From Trypanosoma brucei (lineage: Eukaryota), in contig CP000069.1 of the NCBI GenBank assembly GCA_000002445.1, positions 512,001 to 576,000 on the forward strand: a stretch of 64,000 bases of DNA, read 5' to 3'. This document shows positions 1-9,200 of this stretch, in pieces. The position numbers and the translations under genes are program-made. Positions within the stretch are counted from its first letter, which is position 1; every line of letters begins with the position of its first letter. The notes beneath the pieces are model-generated. The model made no database searches. It saw nothing but the letters and a program-made list of their open reading frames with translations, and was not told the DNA's origin.

Positions 1-568
1 GGTACCTTGTGGTGTTTGCTACCTCCTCCTCCAGACGCCGCGCGTGCGCCTCCTTCGCCTCAACATTCATTTCCCTAAATTTCTCCGCGTATGTGGAGGT
101 TTCCGTTGCGGCCGCACCTCGCAAACCTGAATGGGCGTCCACCGCCTCTGATTTTGCTGTGACGATCCTCTGTACTTCTTCATATCGCTCGCGTGTAAGG
201 AAGCAGAGCCACTCATTGGAAATGGCATCCCGCTCAAATGTGACGAATCCCTCCTCGCGTGCCTGTTTTAGCACCTCACGAAGATGCCTCTTACTATCGA
301 GCACGATCTCCGGGTCGTTCGTGCAGTGTTCCCAAAGGCCTCCTACCTCACATGGCTGATGCCGATAAAGAACGCCAAGTACAAAGTTACGGGGGATGGT
401 GCCAACATCGCGTGGAATAGCCTTGGTACGGAAGCGCTGTTCCTCCGTAAACTTAAAGTTTTCTGGAATGCGCTGTTCCGGCCAGTTCTTCATTTTAGCA
501 CCGCGGTAAACAACTCCATGCGGTGTATGCACGCCGCTCTGCCAACGCGCGATCAAGGACCTCTTCAT
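1..568 (-). CDS. Hypothetical protein, partial: the N-terminus is in the window and the C-terminus lies beyond the left edge. I translated it by hand; it is not in the ORF track.
   Basis: The reverse-strand frame is open from the window edge to an ATG (reverse complement of cat at 566-568), giving MKRSLIARWQSGVHTPHGVVYRGAKMKNWPEQRIPENFKF... An in-frame CT-rich polypyrimidine stretch lies upstream (forward coordinates 569-700), with a stop at 719-721. Codon usage looks coding. I did not recognise a domain. Confidence 0.35.
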   Translation of the reverse strand, partial: MKRSLIARWQSGVHTPHGVVYRGAKMKNWPEQRIPENFKFTEEQRFRTKAIPRDVGTIPRNFVLGVLYRHQPCEVGGLWEHCTNDPEIVLDSKRHLREVLKQAREEGFVTFERDAISNEWLCFLTRERYEEVQRIVTAKSEAVDAHSGLRGAAATETSTYAEKFREMNVEAKEAHARRLEEEVANTTRY

Positions 569-1112
569 GACGGAGAAGTCGCCGCTGCCGCAAGGGATGG
601 AACGGATTTGCGGGGCGCTAACACAACGAACTATACGAGGTAACGGAGACACAACTAGAGAAGACCAGAAAAACACGTCCGAAGTGTACAAACAACACAT
701 GTGTGTGCTGCGCCAGCGTTAACATGGAGTTAAGCCACAATGTAAGCACGATCGAGTAACAACCCAAAAAGGAAATTCCCATCGGTGGTAAAACACGAAA
801 ACAAAACTTGCAAGTAAATACCGACACTTGCACACGACAGTGAGCTGCCTTGGAGCTGTCCGGGCGTGATTTTCTCGGATCCGCGTACCGGTCACCGCCT
901 CTAGGAGGTTCACAATGGGACGAAACAAACAAAAAGAGAGAGGGATATCGGTAATACTGTGACAAGCGTAGGTGTAATTAAGGGAGAGAGTGGAATATAA
1001 AAAGTCTTGTGATGATTTAAACTTATCGTCTTCCTCAAGGACGATAAATAAATAAATAAATATATATATGTATTTACAACGCTCGAGCAGTTAGAAAAGT
1101 CACCACGGAACA

Positions 1113-1955
1113 CTAAGTGAGGTTCTTACTTCGCTCGGGCGTGGGACCGGGTTGTGAGGTCATGAATTGGAGCACGCGCTTGGAGGTTGGAAAACAAGCC
1201 ATCAAGCAGAGAACGTATGCAATACATTTCAGGAAGAGAAATCCCAGCTGCCTTACGTGACATCCTCCAACGAACTGCCTCGCCTCCTCCGCCGGGTTTA
1301 CGCTCCGCGACGGATCTAAAATCAACTTTCCCTGCGTGATACGTGTAAACCCAACTGAGAATCCCAGTAGGGGCGTTCCACTCAAGTAAAGAAAACTACC
1401 CGTTTTGTTCCCGCATTCATCCAAAACTGATACCATGGTGAAGTGCATAAGTAGAGGAATACTGACATCGAACCCCTTTCCCAAATGTATCACATGTGGG
1501 ATAGAGCGGAAGGTGACTTTGGGTGATATCCATCCAACTTGCATACGAATGAGAGCCTCAAGCCTTAACCCCCTCCTCGATTCTAGCAAGCAGCGATACC
1601 GAACTCTCGACATGTTTCCCTCCTTGTCGCTCACTGTTATTTGAGCATTGGGGTTCATAGGTTTTCCCGGGCCGGCAGCTATGTGTGGGTCAATGGCCAG
1701 AAAGAAACCTGAGACACGGATGGGACCCTTAAACGGTTCCTCCACACGAAACAAACCCTTAGTTCCAAAGACGGGGTGATCTGTGGGGAGTAACCGACGG
1801 CTGCTCTGCGCAGTTGGGAGTGTGGCCTGTTGTTGGCCGAAGAGGGGATGGCTGGTGCTTAAGAGGGTACGCCTGGGACGGGCGGGTTCTCCCCTCTTCC
1901 GTGTCCACAAATGAAGGGGAAGAAGCCGCCTCCAGCAGCGCACGTATGGTGCCAT
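1113..1955 (-). CDS. Conserved hypothetical protein.
   Basis: This is the 1113..2081 ORF. Its first 42 codons (SPLPPPRDVSPFLSLLISSFVFPPLFFFVLSAV) are a translated polypyrimidine tract, so the likely start is the ATG encoding MAPYVRCW, ending at 1955. The remaining 280 aa are non-repetitive and coding-like. No domain recognised. Confidence 0.5.
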   Translation of the reverse strand: MAPYVRCWRRLLPLHLWTRKRGEPARPRRTLLSTSHPLFGQQQATLPTAQSSRRLLPTDHPVFGTKGLFRVEEPFKGPIRVSGFFLAIDPHIAAGPGKPMNPNAQITVSDKEGNMSRVRYRCLLESRRGLRLEALIRMQVGWISPKVTFRSIPHVIHLGKGFDVSIPLLMHFTMVSVLDECGNKTGSFLYLSGTPLLGFSVGFTRITQGKLILDPSRSVNPAEEARQFVGGCHVRQLGFLFLKCIAYVLCLMACFPTSKRVLQFMTSQPGPTPERSKNLT

Positions 1956-1959
1956 CACT

Positions 1960-2078
1960 GCGCTTAGGACGAAAAAAAAAAGGGGAGGGAAAACAAAAGA
2001 AGAAATGAGAAGAGACAAAAAAGGAGAAACATCACGTGGAGGGGGGAGGGGAGAAAAGCGTTGACAAAGACAATTGGA
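1960..2078 (-). promoter_or_regulatory. Polypyrimidine tract on the coding (minus) strand, a candidate trans-splicing acceptor region upstream of the 1113..1955 gene.
   Basis: The forward strand here is almost pure purine (gaaaaaaaaaaggggagggaaaacaaaagaagaaatgagaagagacaaaaaaggagaaac...ggaggggggaggggagaaaagc), so the minus strand is polypyrimidine, directly 5' of the predicted ATG. Confidence 0.45.
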
Positions 2079-2513
2079 CATGTAGATAACAATGGCAAAG
2101 TACGGCTGGCGGCAAGCGAAGCAACCTGCAGCTGTACGTGTACCATTTTGATAGCTTTGGTAATAAGACGTTGTTGAGTGAAGTGTGGGAATAAATCAGC
2201 CACCGCCTTCATATTAAAGCAAAGAGTTCAACGAGAATAGGAGAAAAAAACGACAACAGTGAGTGAGATAGGGTCCAAGAAAGGGGTTAAACGTGAATAA
2301 ATGAACCAGCACAGGGCATCTGCTTTCTTTTTTTTTTGTAGTGTATTTGAGTTGCGTCTCAGTGAAAGAATTATTCCCCTACCGGGAACAAAAGGAGAAA
2401 AACAGCAAAATCTTCAATAGCACAGCGGGTCGAAGAAAAAAAGGGGCAGAGGAGTCAAAAGTCCCTGCCTCCCTTCCCGACATTTAGGGAAAAGGGGTAT
2501 ATCAAGCAGGGAT

Positions 2514-3758
2514 CTATGAATTTCTTGTCGCAAGGCACATATCCAACCGCTCCATAATATCCTCAGGCAACTGCGGAAGTTTGACAGACTTACGGTACTC
2601 TTCAATTGTTTCCCTGTACTTAACGCAAAGAAGTCGGGCAGCAGCAAGACATCGACTAGATGATATACCAAGTTTACCCTGAATGTAATTAATAGCACTT
2701 TTCCCTTCGACCATATTTGTAGCCAAAATACACATGGAAAGCATCAGAACACCCAGTGCCGTGACATGACTGGGTAATTGTATGAATTCAACATGTAGAA
2801 CGACTTCCTGGACGAGCACTTGACACTGATTCAAGAAGCGTTTATTAATATTACGCGGAACAACCAAAGTGCCACGCTCCACAAAAACGAAATTGACCCC
2901 TCCATTAGATAAACACAACCGGCTCTCCCTTTTACTATCCACGTACAGAGAGCGTAACGGCGTGTCGAGCGCAGTGCGGCGGGTAACAAGGACGTTTTCC
3001 CCAAACACCTGAAAAACTTCGATGTTGTTGCTTGCAGGAATTCCCGCAATTGCGCACAGTTGTGGGACAATGCTTGTGATGATGCAGTCCTCCGTCGCCT
3101 CGAGGCGCTTCCACTTGTGCACATCTTCCTCTACTACAAGAATATTAAGAATGACAATCTCTCCGGGTTCTCTTTTCACCACTGAACCACATGAAACGAG
3201 GTCTTCGCTTCCGAGCATGTGCAGTTGCAAGTAAAGGTGGTTGATGACAGTTGTGTGTGGAAGCCGCCACTTGAAGAAACAAAGTATTGTTTCCTCCATC
3301 TCCAATATTTGCTCACTAGAGTAGGCATCATCGCAAACGCGGACAATTTTCTTAAGTGAGGGTAAGCTATTGTCCATCTCCTCAAATTTCGCCGCATCCC
3401 ACAAACATGTCGCCGCCGCCAGTTGACACTTCTCAATTGGGAGTGTTTGCAAAGAGCCCGAAATGAAGGCGTCCGTCAGCTGTATCGCAAGGCACAACGT
3501 TGTCCCCTTCAAGTTCAAAGCCACACAAACGTCACGCAGCCAGTTCGTAATTATCTTCCTATTCCTATAGCTATAAACGGACTTCTTAAGTTTCTTAATG
3601 TCGTCGAGTGGTGTCATTTCCTTCTTTTTCATCATTTCAAATATAGCGACATGCGACACGGTATCACCCTCTCCCGGATGTGACTTATAGTCAATGGAAG
3701 AAGGATCCCCGAATGGCCCCGGTATGGAGTTTAGCGTCACAGTTGTACGTATGTTCAT
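2514..3758 (-). CDS. CYC3: Cyclin with an N-terminal cyclin box, probably the chromosome-6 mitotic-type cyclin.
   Basis: A cyclin-box signature is present: KIITNWLRDVCVALNLKGTTLCLAIQLTDAFIS ... LQLAAATCLWDAAKFEEMDNSLPSLKKIVRVCDDAYSSEQILEMEETILCFFKWRLPHTTVINHLYL. The ORF runs to 3959, but residues 1-67 are a translated polypyrimidine tract, so the first plausible ATG is at 3758 (MNIRTT...). The symbol is inferred from locus context only (my recollection that CYC3 sits near Tb927.6.1460), not from sequence identity. The symbol alone deserves about 0.35. Confidence 0.6.
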   Translation of the reverse strand: MNIRTTVTLNSIPGPFGDPSSIDYKSHPGEGDTVSHVAIFEMMKKKEMTPLDDIKKLKKSVYSYRNRKIITNWLRDVCVALNLKGTTLCLAIQLTDAFISGSLQTLPIEKCQLAAATCLWDAAKFEEMDNSLPSLKKIVRVCDDAYSSEQILEMEETILCFFKWRLPHTTVINHLYLQLHMLGSEDLVSCGSVVKREPGEIVILNILVVEEDVHKWKRLEATEDCIITSIVPQLCAIAGIPASNNIEVFQVFGENVLVTRRTALDTPLRSLYVDSKRESRLCLSNGGVNFVFVERGTLVVPRNINKRFLNQCQVLVQEVVLHVEFIQLPSHVTALGVLMLSMCILATNMVEGKSAINYIQGKLGISSSRCLAAARLLCVKYRETIEEYRKSVKLPQLPEDIMERLDMCLATRNS

Positions 3759-5182
3759 CGTGACCGCCCGCGATATAAATGTTAAATGTTCCGATGACAC
3801 CACCGTAACGCCCAGCTTTTCCTCCCATACATACACACATATCCAAAATGTATGAGGGGAATGTGACATAAGCAGAGGGAGACGAATACCACATGAAACC
3901 ACCAGCGAGGTGAAGAGAAGGGATAAGGGGAGTAAGTCGAGATAATTGAGTAAAGACAAGTAAAATGTTGTCGTTTCTCCCCCTTTTTAAATATTGAACT
4001 GGTATGTGGTGCCTGCGTCGTTGGTGGAGGTAAAGTGGCCAACAGAGGCGAAGATAAATTATCCGTAACAAATGAACACGAGTTTTCTTTTTTTTTTTCT
4101 GGAAAGAAATTATGGAGGAGAAGAAGAAGGAACCAAATAAGTTTTCGGCTTCACGTGCAGAAGTACTAATGGCAGCTACAAATCCTCATCTGCGAACGTT
4201 GATCGTACCTCCCCCCTCCCCGGCAGCTCCTTCTATTCGCAATGGTGCTGAGAATTACGCCACTTTACGCACGTGCGGCTCACTGTCCCCTCTTTTTTTC
4301 TTTGCCATTCACAAATTTGCCCCCGTCTCGTCCACAACAATCCTTTCGTTTCGTTTCTTTACCTGTCACTCCTCCATTACCTCTTCTTCTTCCTTTTTGG
4401 CACTTGGGGGACCGCTGCTATTTTTCCTTATTTCTGTTACATCAGGTAAAGGTAAGTAAAGGTTGGGAACCAAATGTCATTGAAGCCACTGTGTAAAAGA
4501 GTCCAACTGCACCTGTCAGCGCGCTCCGGCCGTGTCACGGCGCCTTCATGCTCTCGGCCGCGTGTACTTTTTTTTTTCCTTTACTCCGTACAAGACGGAG
4601 TAAAGAAATTGCTTGGGGAGACCAGCTTCGTACCTCCTCGTGACCATCCGCAAACTGGCGGCGACAACACGATAGAGGCGTGACATTAAATGAAGTGTGA
4701 GCGCACCTGTCCGGCGAACATCAATATTAACTCAGTTCAGTACCATCGCGGGCATTGTGCCTCCTATTGAGGTGCAGCTGTAGAACTTTTTGACGCATTA
4801 TTGGGAGAAAAGATCAAGCTGTAAAAGGAACCAAATGACTGCAGAAAGGTATTTCCTGTTTCACATGTTTTACACCAACATAGTGGGCATGTGCGCCTTT
4901 TGTCTACCATGTTTCTACTTCTCATACGCGCACGAGTGTCTGTACCCCCTTGCGGTGCCCCTCGTTCCTACATAGATGAAAATTTCAACTCCTCCACACT
5001 TTTCTTTTGGTTACCACTCGCCTAATCATTTTTGCTTTCAACTAACTTACAAGTTTGTTCTCATTTCCCCACTTTATTAATAGTTATACTTCTTTCCCTC
5101 TTTGGTTCACTCTTTTGTTATGGTGGTAGAAGTCCCATTTCCGCCCTTCAACAGCCTTCAGAGTTTCAAAACTACTCCTCCA

Positions 5183-5854
5183 TCAAGCCGCCCCTCGGAA
5201 CCGATCCAACTGCTCATCAAGACCCTCGCGCGTCATGGGCCCACTTCTGCGAGCCCCTTCTTTTTTATTGTGTGCGGAGTTGTTGCCTCCACGGGAGGAG
5301 CGGTTGGTACGTTGTAACAGTTCGTCATCCAGTTTCCTGCGCTGAGGTTGCTGCTGGGGCCGCTGGCGGTCGTTCTCGCGTTGAAGTCTGCGTCGCCTCC
5401 CTTCCACCAGACGCCGACGAAGACGGCCCATGGCCACTCCGCCGCGCAGAGGCAACCGCTCACGCAGACGATCACGGCGCTCCAAGCGCTCGAGTCGTTC
5501 AAGTCGTTCCAGGCGGAGCAAACGTTCCCTCCGCTCGCGACGCAGCTGCCGCTCAATGTCCTCATCCCGCGCAAAGCGGTCCGCAGCACTGCGTCGGAAG
5601 AGGCGCCGGTCGCTGAAGCGTCGGCTACGTTCCCCATCTCGGGAACGGCGGCTTCTGCGGACCTGGCGGTCACCATACCCGAAACCCTCAAGCCGTGTCC
5701 GGCGCTCACTGACAAGGTAGCGACGTGGTGCTGGGAGATCATCTTCCCTGTCACTTCTTCGTTGATCCCGCGCTTCAGCAAGTGCCCGGACGCGGCGCAC
5801 GTTCCGGTCGTACAAGTCGCGAAGACGCCTGCGGTCGAAGTCGTCTCGGCGCAT
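5183..5854 (-). CDS. Putative arginine/aspartate/glutamate-rich low-complexity protein (RD/RE/RS dipeptides with an RLERLERLERLER stretch). Coding status is uncertain.
   Basis: This 223-aa ATG-initiated minus-strand ORF lies in a GC-rich island (about 5030-6000). Overlapping ORFs exist on both strands there (5032..5616+, 5348..5998+, 5233..5862-), which is typical of a compositionally biased coding region. I favour the minus strand because the whole unit is minus-strand. The composition resembles RS/RD-domain nuclear proteins. Confidence 0.3.
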   Translation of the reverse strand: MRRDDFDRRRLRDLYDRNVRRVRALAEARDQRRSDREDDLPAPRRYLVSERRTRLEGFGYGDRQVRRSRRSRDGERSRRFSDRRLFRRSAADRFARDEDIERQLRRERRERLLRLERLERLERLERRDRLRERLPLRGGVAMGRLRRRLVEGRRRRLQRENDRQRPQQQPQRRKLDDELLQRTNRSSRGGNNSAHNKKEGARRSGPMTREGLDEQLDRFRGAA

Positions 5855-6219
5855 AGCTTCAAGCCTGTTTCGTATATTTATTTATTTTTCTATTTTCCTT
5901 CCTCACTCCACCTTGATTCGTTCTCTTCTTTCACTCGCTCTAGTCGTATTGACCCTCTGGGTGTCCTTTACTCCTCTTACGCTGCCGAAAAGCAATAGCG
6001 TTTGCGATGCGAACGGCCAAAAACGTAAGCTTTGTGTCCTCCACATCGGTGGACAAACACGTGGCGATGCGTGATGTGTGTGACAGACATTTGAAGGAAA
6101 GTGGGGAAAGCGAAAACGGTCTCATGACTGCCTTTCCTTCGTCTCCCGTATGTCACAAGGACACATTTCAACGAAGAGGGAGAGATACAACACAAAGGGG
6201 AAGCCACTTCTTTACATAT

Positions 6220-9200
6220 TTATGGCCCGTGGCGAACGCCGTTCAGGAGAACCTCGCCGGTTGTGTGGCCAGTCAGCACGAATGACTCAGGACCGTTCTT
6301 ATATGTAGCAACGCAGAGGCATTTGTAATTTGATAACTTGGTCGCTGCTCCCCCCCGCCTGACATTCACCAGGAAAACTGATCCGCACCCGGCCACTACC
6401 ACAACCAACCCTGAAACGTAAACGCATTGCACAGGCTTCAGAGTTGCTGGTGGGGGTAATGTGGAGACCTTCTGCACTTCGAAACGAGCGGAAGAGTCAA
6501 CACCATCTACGTGTAGATGAAAGAGATGGAAATAAACATCGAAAAAGAAGAGTGAGACCACCGGTGATTCTGTGTCACGCGCTGCGGCTGCTATTTGGAA
6601 GGGATGCTTGTAGGAAGTCCTCTCTGCGTGATTTTGAAGACTCCAGCAGCGCACCGTGAGATCCTTGCAGACACTGATCAAAACATCTTCGACAAAGAAG
6701 CCATAAAAAACGTGGCCGCTGTGTCCAATAAACTGGTTCAGTAGGGACCAGGTGGACACCTCGTACACGTAAAGTGTAGATCCTTTATCGAAGTTTGAAA
6801 CAACGGCAAGGTACCTGTCGTCCGGGTCGGCTACAAAGTCCAGTGAAGCTTTTTCTCTTGCATCAGTCGGCAGAAGCATTTCCGATACTTTGAACTCCTC
6901 TTCATCCAGATCAATGTAACAAAAACACCCCGCCTTTTCCTTAAAAGAGAACACGAGATAGTTACAGAGGAACACCATGCCCTCGACCTCTTTGACAGCG
7001 CAGACAGTTGGTGGACCGCCTTTCGTTGGTTGAAGCAACAATGCGCCGTCGGAGTCCAAAGCCGCGAAAAGTGTTCCTTTGGAATTTGCGGTAATACGTT
7101 CAATTGACACAGCTGACAATTTACCGCTTAACCGCCAATTGGACGACAAGGACTTCTTCTGGAGCACCTTCGTGGAGAGGAATGGGTTGTCACCCAGACG
7201 CCACACTTTCACTTCATTCCGAGAAGTAAGTGCCATGACCAGTTGATTCCGTTCTTGCACAAAGGTAATTGCCCCGATGGCGCACGTGAGGACACCCACA
7301 GGTCGCCGGGTGCTGGCATCCCACACATAAAGGTAATAACCACACAAAGCAATGATGAAGGAATCACTCCCCGTTATGAGCAACTGCGTGGGGATTTCGT
7401 CGAACAGCTGATCCAATTTCTTGAACCTTCCGCTGGACGTCTCCCACAATTTCAGTCCCTCTTGCTGCCTGGAGAGCAGTTGCCCACCGTTAGAATTGAG
7501 GTAAAGTTCTTCAATAGGGGTTCGCCCAGCATTAGCAATGTGTAAAAGCTCGCCAGCGCCGGACCAAATCCATATGTCTTCGTCCACTGACGAGGCAATG
7601 AGACGATCGCTTGCGGGGAAAGCCACACATCGGATTACCCCCGTATGTGAAAGTTTCTGCACCCTGCATCCCCTGATAATAAATAAATCGTACAAACTGG
7701 TAGCGAGGACGGAACTACCGAAAAAGTATGCTTCACGTGCCTCCGCCTCTAGGGTTGGTAATATTATGACTTTATTTTTCTTAGTCAGGTCCATAATTGA
7801 GAGAGATTTGCTCAAATTATGCTGTACAGCAATATTAGTCCCCAACACGTCGAGTGCCCTGTCAGACAGTGTAGCGGTGACATCATCAACATTAGAGTGA
7901 CCACCCGTCAAAAAGTCAAACGTTGCGAGATGTCTGTCCCATATCAAAACAATGCGGGTACCACAAGCGCTGAGCGCACCCTGGAAAACGGCGTCTTTGT
8001 TGCAAGTAGTGTCAAACGTGGCAACTACCTTATCGAAATTCCCAGTGGAGTACACAAACACAGTTGTTTTAGTCGATATCACGAGGTATTTCTCACGCAA
8101 GTGAACATAAATCGGCGTTTCATTGACGGGGATGGAAATTGAGGAGCCCTCCTCCCCAGCCGTGTTCAGAGGTGCAAGCACCGAATATGGCACTTCCTCT
8201 GAAGTGGAGGCGTCTCTGTAATATGGCGAAACCTCCGACAACTGAAGCGCGGACTGAAAAAAGAAACAGTCAAATGATTGAATATCTTTAGCCGCATTCA
8301 GCAGGGCGGAACGGCGTTGGCTCTGATCCTGCTTATCGAACACAAAGTACTCCCCATCGTGCAGCTGCGACAGGAGTCGATAGGAATTCAAGAGACGGAA
8401 AATGATGTCAATGGCATATTGGGTATTGCTCTTTTCTCTAGAAAAAGCGGCATCCATTATACTGGCATCCAAAATGAGCGAGTACGCGTTCTCAAAACTA
8501 CCGTTGACAAAAATGAGAGGTCCAATTTGCCTGAAACACAGAGAGAGATCAGGGCTCCGTGTTTTGACTAGGCGATACAAATGATTTTCCACCAATGCAT
8601 TGACATTATCCAACAAATCGCTGTAGAGGGAGTTCACAACCTCGTGTACCTCTGGCCCCGCCAAATGCGCCACAGAACCACCGTGAATTTCCACAATGCC
8701 GTCATCAATGAGCATGAGAAGAACTGGGATCGTTTTATTGCGTGGGCATGGCCCGAGATCTTCACACACGCATACAACCTCTGTGACAGGCAGGGAAGCC
8801 GCAGCAAGGCATGTGAGGACGTAGCGCACAGTAAGAGGATCTCCCTGGTCTTCGTGGACCTTCAGAAGCTTAACCAACAGCTCCCTCATCGTATTAGGGA
8901 CCTCCGAGGGGAGGAAGAAGGTGACATCCTCTGAGTCGGTAGTTAGTGAGAAGCGGAAAAGAAGTGATGCTGCGTAAGTGTCAAAACTTGTAAACTTGGA
9001 CCCATCCTTATTCAAGAATGCGTTACCCACCACTCTTTTCCATGCTTCACAGTTAGAGGTGTCCCCGCCATCCTCCTGATGTCCACCTGCAGTTCCCCCT
9101 AATATGCCGCGCCGCACAAGTTCTTCAGTAAAGAGCCATGAACGCACCTCGTCTGGAAGTGGGGCGTTTAACACTTCAAACGGTTGAGGAAGTCGCTTGC

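Noticed and set aside
1-6. GGTACC (KpnI site) at the exact window start.
   Set aside because: It is probably a coincidence or a cloning boundary of the source fragment. It has no biological inference.
618-1113. Minus-strand ORFs 618..965, 719..928 and 910..1113.
   Set aside because: They are pyrimidine-rich or low-complexity leader sequence between two real genes. They are probably UTR and splice-signal DNA.
5032-5998. Long plus-strand ORFs (5032..5616, 5348..5998, 5430..5720).
   Set aside because: These are shadow frames produced by GC-rich compositional bias. The whole unit is transcribed from the minus strand, and the R/S-rich plus-strand peptide is the mirror image of the minus-strand R/D/E-rich frame.
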